Assembly: GCA_965237675.1 (NCBI GenBank)
Contig: OZ250150.1
Span: 1,248,001 to 1,312,000, forward strand
DNA: 64,000 nt
Direction of reading: 5' to 3'
Source: Candidatus Latescibacterota bacterium
GTDB lineage: Bacteria; Latescibacterota; UBA2968; GCA-2709665
The notes under the pieces are model-generated. The model was not told the origin of the DNA. It did not search any database and saw only the letters and a list, made by a program, of their open reading frames with translations. The translations under genes and the position numbers were made by a program. Numbering within the stretch: position 1 is the stretch's first letter; each line of letters begins with the position of its first letter. Below are positions 9,645-18,782 of the stretch, in pieces.

Positions 9645-9797
9645 GCGTCGCATACGTCGATACGTCGGTGTTGGCCACCATCGCCTTCGACGAACAGAAC
9701 CCCGGGCCAACTCTTGTTCCTCACGCTTGACGACCGACAGAGCGCTGTGGCCACCGCGCTCGGCTTTGTCACTCCGGAGGGACTGTATTCGCCATGA
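9641..9797 (+). pseudogene. vapC: VapC (PIN) toxin with large internal deletion and frameshift
   Basis: TTG overlapping the antitoxin stop gives VAYVDTSVLATIAFDE (PIN N-terminus); the +1 frame continues directly with FLTLDDRQSAVATALGF (PIN C-terminus). Confidence 0.75.
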
Positions 9798-9842
9798 GGC
9801 TCGCGGTTTCAATAACCTCTTTCCAGTACGCCACTGACCCGG

Positions 9843-9880
9843 GAACTGGCCTGTATCGTGGAAGCCAGTTCTTTTTTCTT
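9843..9880 (+). terminator. Terminator-like hairpin homologous to that at 32-69
   Basis: GAACTGGC-13 nt-GCCAGTTC-TTTTTTCTT. Confidence 0.5.
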
Positions 9881-10074
9881 GCCCATTTGCATAATATTAT
9901 TAGTGAATTGAAGCAACAGCGCTAACAAGGTTGACTCTTATTTTCCTATGTGCAGACAAGGTACGGTCGTGACATCCGGCACTAATGGGCGACGCCGACC
10001 CCACGGCCGATATTCGACAGACCGAGCGCTCATCATCTGGATTCAGGCGAAGTCGACTGGGCGGGGATGAAAGA

Positions 10075-10115
10075 TTGACATCTCCAATGAGGATGTGTAT
10101 TATTTATACACATCC
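10075..10115 (+). promoter_or_regulatory. sigma70 promoter with overlapping operator for vapBC
   Basis: TTGACA(10075)-17-TATTAT(10098); perfect IR GGATGTGTAT-tattt-ATACACATCC over the -10. Confidence 0.75.
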
Positions 10116-10139
10116 CGCCGTGAACCAGGAGGTGCACAA

Positions 10140-10415
10140 ATGGCTAGAATTCAACTGGTGTTATCCGACGAGGACCGCGACCGCTTCGTTCATCAGGCGC
10201 GAAGAGAGGGTAAGACCTTAAGCGAGTGGCTGAGAACCGCAGCCCGCCGCCGGCTGGAGGAACAGCAACGGTCCCATCCCTTCGAGTCGCCGGCGGACCT
10301 CGAGGCGTTCTTTCGCGCGTGCGACGCGTTGGATGGTCCCGCGCGAGAACCTGAATGGGATGAGCACCTGGCGGTCATCGAGGAATCCCGCAGAAGGGGT
10401 ATATCCAGCACATGA
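10140..10415 (+). CDS. Ribbon-helix-helix (VapB-like) antitoxin
   Basis: AGGAGG RBS; MARIQLVLSDEDR...ARREGKTLSEWLR RHH pattern; overlaps the PIN gene. Confidence 0.8.
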   Translation: MARIQLVLSDEDRDRFVHQARREGKTLSEWLRTAARRRLEEQQRSHPFESPADLEAFFRACDALDGPAREPEWDEHLAVIEESRRRGISST

Positions 10416-10804
10416 TCTTTGTCGACACAAATGTCTTCATGTACGCAGTTGGCATGCCGCATCCGCTCCGGGATACCGCCCGGGGCTTTTTCAACGAGTG
10501 CACTCGAAACCGCACGCCTCTGTGCACGTCGGCGGAAGTGCTGCAGGAGCTGGCGCACGCTTACCTTCCGGTGGCGCGGCTGCAAACGCTCGATGCGGCG
10601 CTTTCGCTGATCGCCAGATCCGGCGTGGAGGTATGGCCGCTCGAAGAAGAAGATGTCATACTGGCGCGGCAGCTCTACGAACAGCATCCCACCCTGGACG
10701 CCAGAGACCTCTGCCACCTGGCCAGCTGCCGGCGGCGCGGCGTACGCGAGGTTTGGACCTTCGATAAGGCCCTGGGTGCCGTTATCGGCGGGACAGCAGG
10801 GTGA
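10412..10804 (+). CDS. vapC: VapC PIN-domain toxin
   Basis: MIFVDTNVFMY, EVLQEL, ARDLCHLA, WTFDKAL acidic PIN residues. Confidence 0.92.
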   Translation: MIFVDTNVFMYAVGMPHPLRDTARGFFNECTRNRTPLCTSAEVLQELAHAYLPVARLQTLDAALSLIARSGVEVWPLEEEDVILARQLYEQHPTLDARDLCHLASCRRRGVREVWTFDKALGAVIGGTAG

Positions 10805-11020
10805 GAAGGCGCAGTCGGAAAGATATCCTGCAGACCGAAAACCGGCGTTAATCCTGCGATCGTTTGACCCATTTTCCAGACGATATGTCCGGCTCATCAC
10901 AAACTGGGTGTTCCGGATTTGCACACCGAATCACCCCGCAGTCCAAAGCCAGGGGCGGACACCGCATTGTAATCGCCACCAATTTTGAGATAACCCGAAC
11001 CGGAAATTACAAGAGCCGCG

Positions 11021-12385
11021 ATGTCAAATCTAAAGCGTGTTGAATCGTGTTCCCTCGACCGCATTGAGAGGATGAGAAACCTGGTCACGGGGGAGATCAA
11101 GAAGATCGAAGGCCAGTTGGCCGAGGAAGAACGAAAAATCGACCTGATGGCCAGAAGTGCGGACACGGTCGCCCTGAGCAAGCGGCACGGCCATTACGAA
11201 CTGAACCTGGATACGGCCGAATCGCGGATTTCGACGTTGAACGAGGAAAAACAGGAATTGGAGGACAAGGCCCGGATCATCGAGCAGGCCTTCCAGAAGA
11301 AACACCTGATGGATAGGCAGGCCAGCGTATTGGGCAGCGCCTGGCGCGTGAACGTCAAGGACATAATCATCTTTCTTCTCATTCTTTTCCTGATCTCGAT
11401 CCTTGTCGTCGACCTGCTCGGCATCGGTACCAGCGGCGGCGGAGCAGTCGCAAAGGCGGAAGTAGAAAAGGGAAAGATCCGTAAGATTGTCATTCAGAAA
11501 ATGGGCGCCGGGTATGTGCGCGTGAACATAGACATTGTGGACACGGACGGGGCCGGCGCGCTCGTTTCCGGGCATGTGGCCGGAGGAAAATTGACAGGCG
11601 CGGACGTCGTCGATGGCGGGGGAAATTACACGAAACCGGTTGTGGAGGTACATCCTCACTTCGCGGTGAGCACGTTGTGGATCTTCTGGATCATCGACGT
11701 GGTATGCTGCACCATTTTCATGGCCAACTTCTTCTTCGAGCACAAACTTGCCGCTTCCAAGAGGTGGTATTGGAAGAACAACTGGATCGACTTCATCACG
11801 TCCATCCCGCTTCCGCCGGTGCAGGTCATCGCAGCCTCCGGCAACATAGGTGTCGTGCGCCTGGGGCGTCTGCTCCGGGCCGTACGCATTTTGCGGGCGC
11901 TGAGGTTATTTCGCATCGGGCTGTTTTTCTGGCGGGGCATGGACCACCTGAGCACCACGCTGGACGTGCGGCTCCTCAAGCGGTCCCTTCTTTACGGCCT
12001 GTTATCGCTCGTGTTCGGCGCATGTGTTTTTATGGGTCTGGAACGCATGGAGTCCGGTTCGGGATTCTGGGCGAGCCTCTGGTGGAGCTTTACCACGCTT
12101 GTTACGGGTGGTTACGCAGACATCCACAATCCCGAGACCGCTTTCGGCAGAATCCTCACTGTTTTTCTGGTAATAACCGGAATGGTCCTTGTGGGTGTTT
12201 TCACAGCCACGCTGACGAGCATCCTCGTCAAGGACGAGGACTCCTTGAAAGCAGAGGAGCTCGACGAGCAGATCGGGATCGTAACGAAGATCCAGGAAGA
12301 GATAAAAACCACCAACCGGCGCCTGGACAGGCTTGAAGGAAGCGTCCGCGAAATCCGCGACGCCGTTACGGACCGGGAGCAATAG
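11021..12385 (+). CDS. 6-TM voltage-gated-type ion channel (Ion_trans) with coiled coils and extracytoplasmic insert
   Basis: NWIDFITSIP (S3), RLGRLLRAVRILRALRLFR (S4), SLWWSFTTLVTGGYAD (pore), GRILTVFL (S6). Confidence 0.85.
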   Translation: MSNLKRVESCSLDRIERMRNLVTGEIKKIEGQLAEEERKIDLMARSADTVALSKRHGHYELNLDTAESRISTLNEEKQELEDKARIIEQAFQKKHLMDRQASVLGSAWRVNVKDIIIFLLILFLISILVVDLLGIGTSGGGAVAKAEVEKGKIRKIVIQKMGAGYVRVNIDIVDTDGAGALVSGHVAGGKLTGADVVDGGGNYTKPVVEVHPHFAVSTLWIFWIIDVVCCTIFMANFFFEHKLAASKRWYWKNNWIDFITSIPLPPVQVIAASGNIGVVRLGRLLRAVRILRALRLFRIGLFFWRGMDHLSTTLDVRLLKRSLLYGLLSLVFGACVFMGLERMESGSGFWASLWWSFTTLVTGGYADIHNPETAFGRILTVFLVITGMVLVGVFTATLTSILVKDEDSLKAEELDEQIGIVTKIQEEIKTTNRRLDRLEGSVREIRDAVTDREQ

Positions 12386-12541
12386 CCGATCCACGCATCT
12401 CCGCCGTCTGTCTGCTTCACGTTGGCCCCGGGAAGGGAATTCTCCGGGGCTTGTTGTATCCCTCGGCGGCCGCCTGCGCGTTTGGCCTTCCTGGAGGACG
12501 GACCATTGAACCCGGTACCCAGCAATAGAACCTGAACCGAC

Positions 12542-13819
12542 ATGTCAGTTTCCAGGAAGCACGATCCCTACGCGGCCTTCCGCATCGTCAACTACCGGCG
12601 ATACATCCTGGGCTGGTTTTTCGCCATCGCGGGCAACCAGATCCAGAGCATCGCGATCGGTTGGGAGATTTACCAACGCACCGGTCAGGCGCTCTCCCTT
12701 GGCCTGGTCGGGCTCGCCCAGGCCCTGCCCACCATCATCCTGGCCCTGCCCGCAGGTTACCTGGCGGACAGATTCGACCGCCGCCGGGTGGTCATCTTCA
12801 GCATGCTGGGCACGACCCTGACGTCGCTCGGGCTCCTGGCGCTCTCGCTTTCGGAGGGGCCGGTTCTCCTGATGTACGCCCTGCTGGCGCTGGATGCCGC
12901 GGCCACGTGCCTGGGCCGCCCGGCCAGAACAGCCCTTGTGCCCCTGCTCGTCCGGCGCGAGATCTTTCCGATTGCCGTTACCTGGAACACCAGCCTGATG
13001 CAGATGGCCGGGGTCGTCGGCCCGGCCCTGGGCGGCTTTGTCGTGATGTTCAACGTTCACTCCGCCTACGCGCTCAGTGCGGCGAGCACCCTCGTTTTCG
13101 TCGTCCTGCTCACGCGGGTGGACTTCCGTGCAGAGCCCCAAAGAGCGGAACCCGCTTCGATCGCGACCCTGCTGGCGGGCATCCGCTACGTCTGGCGCAC
13201 CCGCCTGATCCTTTCCCTGATGGCGCTGGACATGTTGGCCGTGTTGCTGGGCGGCGCCGTTTACCTGTTGCCCATCTATGCGGAGGATATTCTCCGCGTC
13301 GGCCCGCAGGGATTCGGCTGGCTTCGCGCCGCCCCGGGCGTCGGCGCCTTCTGCATGGCGCTCCTCCTGGCCTACCTGCCTCCGATGCAGCGCGCCGGCC
13401 GGAACCTCCTGCTGGCCGTGGCGGGATTTGGCGCGGCCACCATCGTCTTCGGCCTCTCTCAATCCTTCTGGCTCTCCCTGGCGATGCTTTTCCTCACCGG
13501 CGCCTTCGACAACGTCAGTATGGTCGTCCGGCACACACTCGTTCAGCTTCTCACAACCAATCGGATGCGAGGCCGCGTGCTGGCGGTCAACTACGTGTTC
13601 ATCGGCGCCTCCAATGAATTGGGCGGCCTGGAATCCGGCCTGGCGGCCCATTGGTTCGGGCCGGTCGTCTCGGTGGTCAGCGGCGGAATCGGAACCGTCC
13701 TCGTGGTTCTCGGCGCCGCAGCCGGCGTTACCGGCCTTCGACGCTTCGGCGCCCTCCACGAAGCCAGGCCGCAGGAAGAGGAGCCGGCAGTGGATGCCTC
13801 CGGGAAGGAGGGACCCTGA
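12542..13819 (+). CDS. MFS transporter (EntS/H+ antiporter-like)
   Basis: GYLADRFDRRRV motif A, about 12 hydrophobic segments, MRGRV in the C-half. Confidence 0.9.
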   Translation: MSVSRKHDPYAAFRIVNYRRYILGWFFAIAGNQIQSIAIGWEIYQRTGQALSLGLVGLAQALPTIILALPAGYLADRFDRRRVVIFSMLGTTLTSLGLLALSLSEGPVLLMYALLALDAAATCLGRPARTALVPLLVRREIFPIAVTWNTSLMQMAGVVGPALGGFVVMFNVHSAYALSAASTLVFVVLLTRVDFRAEPQRAEPASIATLLAGIRYVWRTRLILSLMALDMLAVLLGGAVYLLPIYAEDILRVGPQGFGWLRAAPGVGAFCMALLLAYLPPMQRAGRNLLLAVAGFGAATIVFGLSQSFWLSLAMLFLTGAFDNVSMVVRHTLVQLLTTNRMRGRVLAVNYVFIGASNELGGLESGLAAHWFGPVVSVVSGGIGTVLVVLGAAAGVTGLRRFGALHEARPQEEEPAVDASGKEGP

Positions 13820-16800
13820 GCCCGGTATTCGCGTTCCACCGTCCGGATGCGTGGTTCCGGCGGGTGTTGCCGGTTCTGTTTGCGTTCGTCGCAATCTGCA
13901 CCTCGCCCGCGCATGCGCAACGGGTCCCGCCGGACGAGTCGTGGCGCACGTTCGATACGGAACACTTCCGCGTCACCTTCTCCGGACATCTGGAGGACCT
14001 TGCGCGCCGGCTGGCCAGGCAAGCGGAGTGGGCTCACGCCCGCCTGTCCGAACGGTTCATCCCGGGACCCCGTGGGCCTATCGATCTGGTCGTCACCGAT
14101 CACACCGACGTCTCCAACGGCTACGCGACCCCATTGCCTTCGAACCGAATCGTCCTTTTCGCCCGGCCTCCAGTTGACCTCATCGCCCTTGCCTACTTCG
14201 ATGACTGGCTCCAACTTCTGATTGTCCACGAACTGACGCACATATTTCACCTCGACCGGCAGGGCCGTTACAGCGTTCGAGGGCTTTTCGGGCGGATCCC
14301 GTTCCCTGTACTCGGTTTCCCTGCAGCCACAATGCCACGGTGGGTGATCGAGGGCATCGCCACCTGGTATGAATCTGCGCTCACGGGCAAGGGCCGCGTT
14401 CTGGGAACCTACCACGACATGGTGCTGCGAACGGCGGCCCTGAAGGGCCGATTCGAGTCCATGGGCCAGGCGGGGGGATGGTCGCCGCACTGGCCCGGCG
14501 GGACCCGCGTGTACGCGTACGGATCGCTTTTTTTCGAAACCCTCATGCGGAAGTACGGTCGGGACCGGATGGCGGCTTTCGTCCAGGCGGTGGAGGGCCA
14601 GTGGATCCCCTATCGGCTTGGCGCGGCCGGAAGGAACGCCTTCGGCGCCAGCCTGTCGAGCGAGTGGACGACCTGGGCGAAAGCGTGGCGGGATTCAGTG
14701 GCGGGGCTGGATACCCGCCTCGCCCGGTTCGGTGCGGTTTCCGAGCCCGAAAGGCTGACCCATGGCGCCCGCTACGCGCGCCACCCAAAGGTGTCGCCCG
14801 TTGGTTCGGCGCTGGTCTATCTTCGCTCCGATGGCCGTTCGGATCCGAAACTGGTATCCGCCAGGCTGGATGGCGGCGGCGAATCGACCGTCGCGCGGAT
14901 ACGCGGGAACACATTCGCGTTCACACCCGGCGGCGACATCCTCGTCGACCAGTTGGAATTCTCCGGGCGCTACCGGCAATTCAGCGACATTTACCGGGTG
15001 ACGCAGGACGGCGCGGTGCAGCGGTTGACCGCCGGCGCCCGTCTGACCGCCCCGTCGGCCGGCCCCGGGGACTGGGCGGTCGCCGTCGCGGAAGGGGACG
15101 GCACCAACGGACTGGCCCGGGTCAATACCCGTACCGGCGCGGTCGAGACGCTGGTTCACCCCGAAGACGGAGTCTACTGGGCGTTTCCGGCGGTTTCACC
15201 CGATGGGCGTTGGATTGCGGCGACCCGCTGGACAGGCGGGAAACACGATATCGCCATCCTGGATGGGAGCGGCAGCCTCGTCAGCCAGGTCACCCATGAC
15301 CGCGCGCTGGACTTCGCCCCCGCATGGAGCGCCGACGGACGTTGGCTGTTGTGGTCGTCCGACCGCACCGGCATCCTGAACGTTCTCGCGGCAAGAATCG
15401 ACAGCGGACGGACCACACCCCCGGTCATGCTCACGAACGTCCGCACGGGCGCGGCGTGGCCCAGCGTGGATCCGGCGGGGCAATGGCTCTATTTCTCAGG
15501 CTACCACGTCGACGGCTGGGAGATCGAACGGATTCCGTTCGATCCGGTTGCCGCGCCGCCGGCGCCACCCTTCCGCCCTGATTCGACGCGCACCGCGGCC
15601 GGCTTGTCCGCCGCAGGGGTCGTAACCTCAGCAACCGGACCTCCCGCGCGCGCCGGTGCGCCAATACGCGCCTATTCGCCGTGGCCGACCCTCCTTCCCC
15701 GCTACTGGATCCCTATTGGGACTCTATCCTTCTCCGGGGCCGGGAACAGCACAACGCCGCGGACAACGGTGCTTGGCACGTCCGTCGGCGCCTTTACGTC
15801 GGGGGTGGACCTCGTGGGCCGGCACGCGTATAACGTCGGAGCCCGCATCTTCCTTCCAACGGGAGGATACGCGGGCGGAAGAGCGGCGGGTTTTCTGTCC
15901 TATGGGTACGCCGGACTCGGCAACCCCACGTTGGGCCTATCGCTGTCGCAGAACTGGGACGAGGAACTCGTCAGGGTGCGGGAAGAGGGCAGCGACGCCC
16001 CGGCGGACACCACGTTCATTCTTGAACGAAGTCGCCGGGCGGCCGTATCGATGACCCTGGCGCGCCCCAGGGCGTGGAGTTCGTTCTCATACACGCTTTC
16101 CGGCCGGCTGCTTCGGGAGGACCGGGAGGCGCTGGATTCCGCGCTCCAACCAGCGGATCTGTCGAAATACGACAGCCCTCACAGCACCCTGGGTGAAGTG
16201 ACGGCGCGTTTTTCGGCGTCCACCGCCAGGTCGCACGCGTTTCAGATGGGCCGGGCTGCCGGCGCGTCATTCTCCGCCCAGGCCAACCGGCGCGTCGACC
16301 TCGCCGGGGAGTCTACGGACGACCGGTCCGTCGACGCTATCTCTGGCGACTTCAGGACCTACGCGAAACTGCCGGGAGGCAGATTTGCCGCGCCCGTGCT
16401 GGCGCTTCGGGCAAGCGCGGGTGCTGCGCGGGGCCCTGACAGCGGCAGGGGCTACTTTAAGGTTGGCGGTTCCGCCCGGCGGACCTTTCCGGTGCGGGGA
16501 TACGAGAACACCCCGCGATCAGGGCGGCGGGCCTGGTCCGCGTCGCTCGAACTTCGGCTGCCTGCTTCCCTGGCAAACCGCACCCTTGGAACGCCGCTGA
16601 TCCACGTCGACCGCCTCTTTTTCACGCTCTTCGCCGACGCGGGTAACGCCTGGGGCCGTGACAATCTCAGCCAGGAATCGACACCGTCGGCACTCCTTTC
16701 CGCGGGTGCTGAGTTCGTCTACGATTTCGGTATCCTCTATCTTCCATTCCGCTTCCGCATCGGCGCGGCATACGCGTTCACCAGTCCAAAAGGCGCCGTG

Positions 16801-16830
16801 CCCTATCTCCACCTCGGCACGTCGTTTTGA
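13816..16830 (+). CDS. Secreted HExxH peptidase-like + PD40/TolB beta-propeller + Omp85/BamA-type barrel protein
   Basis: Signal peptide ending AHA-Q, IVHELTHIFH...WVIEGIA, SPDGRW/WSADGRW repeats, VRGY and FADAGNAW, terminal F; start inferred at CTG 13816 after AAGGAGG. Confidence 0.8.
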   Translation: MSPVFAFHRPDAWFRRVLPVLFAFVAICTSPAHAQRVPPDESWRTFDTEHFRVTFSGHLEDLARRLARQAEWAHARLSERFIPGPRGPIDLVVTDHTDVSNGYATPLPSNRIVLFARPPVDLIALAYFDDWLQLLIVHELTHIFHLDRQGRYSVRGLFGRIPFPVLGFPAATMPRWVIEGIATWYESALTGKGRVLGTYHDMVLRTAALKGRFESMGQAGGWSPHWPGGTRVYAYGSLFFETLMRKYGRDRMAAFVQAVEGQWIPYRLGAAGRNAFGASLSSEWTTWAKAWRDSVAGLDTRLARFGAVSEPERLTHGARYARHPKVSPVGSALVYLRSDGRSDPKLVSARLDGGGESTVARIRGNTFAFTPGGDILVDQLEFSGRYRQFSDIYRVTQDGAVQRLTAGARLTAPSAGPGDWAVAVAEGDGTNGLARVNTRTGAVETLVHPEDGVYWAFPAVSPDGRWIAATRWTGGKHDIAILDGSGSLVSQVTHDRALDFAPAWSADGRWLLWSSDRTGILNVLAARIDSGRTTPPVMLTNVRTGAAWPSVDPAGQWLYFSGYHVDGWEIERIPFDPVAAPPAPPFRPDSTRTAAGLSAAGVVTSATGPPARAGAPIRAYSPWPTLLPRYWIPIGTLSFSGAGNSTTPRTTVLGTSVGAFTSGVDLVGRHAYNVGARIFLPTGGYAGGRAAGFLSYGYAGLGNPTLGLSLSQNWDEELVRVREEGSDAPADTTFILERSRRAAVSMTLARPRAWSSFSYTLSGRLLREDREALDSALQPADLSKYDSPHSTLGEVTARFSASTARSHAFQMGRAAGASFSAQANRRVDLAGESTDDRSVDAISGDFRTYAKLPGGRFAAPVLALRASAGAARGPDSGRGYFKVGGSARRTFPVRGYENTPRSGRRAWSASLELRLPASLANRTLGTPLIHVDRLFFTLFADAGNAWGRDNLSQESTPSALLSAGAEFVYDFGILYLPFRFRIGAAYAFTSPKGAVPYLHLGTSF

Positions 16831-17004
16831 GCCGATACGGACGAAACAAAACAGGCGGAACACAAAAGATCCCACGCCAAAAAAAGAGCCCCTGGAGATT
16901 CCTCCACCGGGGGTATGTTTTGCCAGTCTTGGTGTTTATTCGCCTGTGCCGTGCAGCACATTAGCTTCGGATTCTCTGCGCGGATGGTGCCCTCCGCTAG
17001 AAAA

Positions 17005-17271
17005 TCAATCGAATAAATCCGTGTGCCTTCCAGTACGTACAAAAATTAGAGTATCATCCCTCCGCTCCCAGATCAACAGCCAATCCGGTTCGAGGTGGCA
17101 TTCCCAGAAGGAAGACCAATTCCCCGACAAGCGGTGCGGTTTAAGCCGTGGCTGCAGGGGATGCCGTGACAATAGTGTCTCAACCACCTTCCAGAGCTTA
17201 CTTAGGTCTTTTCCCCGCCTCGTGGCGCGCTTCAGGTCCTTCTCGAATCGACTCGTGGTTAGTAGGCGCAC
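17005..17271 (-). CDS. yafQ: YafQ-family mRNA interferase toxin
   Basis: FEKDLKR, HRLSGNW..FWECHLEPDWLLIW, RTGRHTDLF. Confidence 0.93.
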   Translation of the reverse strand: MRLLTTSRFEKDLKRATRRGKDLSKLWKVVETLLSRHPLQPRLKPHRLSGNWSSFWECHLEPDWLLIWERRDDTLIFVRTGRHTDLFD

Positions 17272-17274
17272 GGA

Positions 17275-17532
17275 TTAACCATGCTCCGCCTTGAGCGCCT
17301 CCAGGTCGGCGTATTCGTTTAGACCCACTCCCGTACCTGCTTGCCGCATTGCCTCTATGGTCTCGCTATTGGGAACCCTGACCGCGAATGGCAAACCGCC
17401 ATGCAAAGTGACTTGGGCGTAAAATAAGGTTATCGCCTCCGTCGTAGATAGCCCGATCTTGGAGAAGACCTCCTCGGCTCGGTACTTCAACTCAGGTTCC
17501 ACGCGGGCGCGTATGAATTCGGTCTTGGCCAT
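17275..17532 (-). CDS. dinJ: DinJ/RelB antitoxin
   Basis: MAKTEFIRARVEPELK...GLPFAVRVPNSETIEAM; GGAGG RBS. Confidence 0.92.
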   Translation of the reverse strand: MAKTEFIRARVEPELKYRAEEVFSKIGLSTTEAITLFYAQVTLHGGLPFAVRVPNSETIEAMRQAGTGVGLNEYADLEALKAEHG

Positions 17533-17657
17533 GTAGACCTCCGCTTTTTTAAAAATGTACCACAAACGGGATACAAACACAACCTCTTTTTGAACGCAGC
17601 CGGAAACCCGACCTCAAGTTTTTCATTCACGGGGGTTTGTCATATCCGTACTGATGT

Positions 17658-18782
17658 TCAGTCACCTGTGCAGGCCGATTTGTACATCCACCCGCTTTTA
17701 AATCCCTGTTGTTCTGCAATTGACATGAGAGGCTTCAAGGTTTTGTGATACACAGATTTCAATTTCTCACAATCGAGCGTTTCATCGGCCTTAATAAACA
17801 GGTCTGTAATATAGGGCTCAACTTCCTTTTCCCATTTCTTGTTGCTCAAGCTGTCCCGTGCGATGGATAGCGCGGCACGCTGGGTTTCAGCCAGGCGGTC
17901 AATGTAAATTTCAGATGGGATGTGGTCGCTCTTAAAACTATTCGCCTGGGAATCAACGGGAATGAGATTCCACAACTGATTGTGCGCTACGAATCTCCAT
18001 GGCAAAAAGTGATCCAATTCATAACCACGTCCCAGCTTCTTCCCTGAGTAAATACAACGGATATCCGTTTTATCAATAGCGATATTCCAGAAGCTTCTCT
18101 GTGCGTTGAGAGACTCCCTCTTGTCTGGCGGGAGCAATTTTCGCGTTACAGCAGGAATACCAGGATTGCGTCGCTGCATATAATCTGCCCAATGCCATAG
18201 CGCCCATCCCTCGAGAATCGATTGATGTTGTTTCAAGTAAGCGATCCAATCCGGATGCAAAAGGATACTTTTCTCGGAATTGTCGAAGCGGAAAAGAGGG
18301 CGTCGTTCATGGAAATGTTCCGCAGCGAGTTTACAAACTTCCCGGTTCACTCTATAATCTCGCATGCCTCTGGTTTCTGCAGAAAAAAAAGAGCGCAAAA
18401 TCCGGTGGGGAACATAACGCGTCAATTTGCAATCCGGTACTTTACCATGAATGGCGAGTTGTTTCCGCAATTTTTCTCGCCCGGTTTTCGACAGGGCATT
18501 TTGATCATCCTTAATGCATTTAGTCGATTCAAAAGCCGAAGCAATTTTGTCCTGCGTGCCGAATGACAATTTAAAAAAGACATGCGGATACCATGCAGTA
18601 ACCAGCATTTCAATCTCAATTTTTCTCAATGGAATACTGTCATCAGTCTCCAATTGCCTGTCCTTTACCAAAGTCATTAACGAGATGAAAAATAAATATT
18701 TGTACGAATTCGTCCTATGCGTGAACAAACTGCTCAGTGCTGCAACATCCAGTTGATCTGAATGTGGTAATTGCTGGGTCAT
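17658..18782 (-). CDS. HNH endonuclease-domain protein (putative restriction/defence nuclease)
   Basis: TNSYKYLFF N-terminal motif, CIYSG...LDHFLPW...LWNLIP..N..KSD; visibly AT-richer than flanks. Confidence 0.82.
   Translation of the reverse strand: MTQQLPHSDQLDVAALSSLFTHRTNSYKYLFFISLMTLVKDRQLETDDSIPLRKIEIEMLVTAWYPHVFFKLSFGTQDKIASAFESTKCIKDDQNALSKTGREKLRKQLAIHGKVPDCKLTRYVPHRILRSFFSAETRGMRDYRVNREVCKLAAEHFHERRPLFRFDNSEKSILLHPDWIAYLKQHQSILEGWALWHWADYMQRRNPGIPAVTRKLLPPDKRESLNAQRSFWNIAIDKTDIRCIYSGKKLGRGYELDHFLPWRFVAHNQLWNLIPVDSQANSFKSDHIPSEIYIDRLAETQRAALSIARDSLSNKKWEKEVEPYITDLFIKADETLDCEKLKSVYHKTLKPLMSIAEQQGFKSGWMYKSACTGD

Noticed and set aside
2505-10804. Integron cassette array (many short co-oriented genes; GCTAAC at 4824 and GTTAAGT at 4962)
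   Set aside because: No integrase and no repeated attC structure with paired R/L boxes after the genes; several genes have their own promoters
12545-13894. Long antisense/alternate-frame ORFs (also 23376-24386, 40602-42383, 55747-56688, 62665-63816)
   Set aside because: Shadows of well-supported genes in GC-rich DNA, with no motifs
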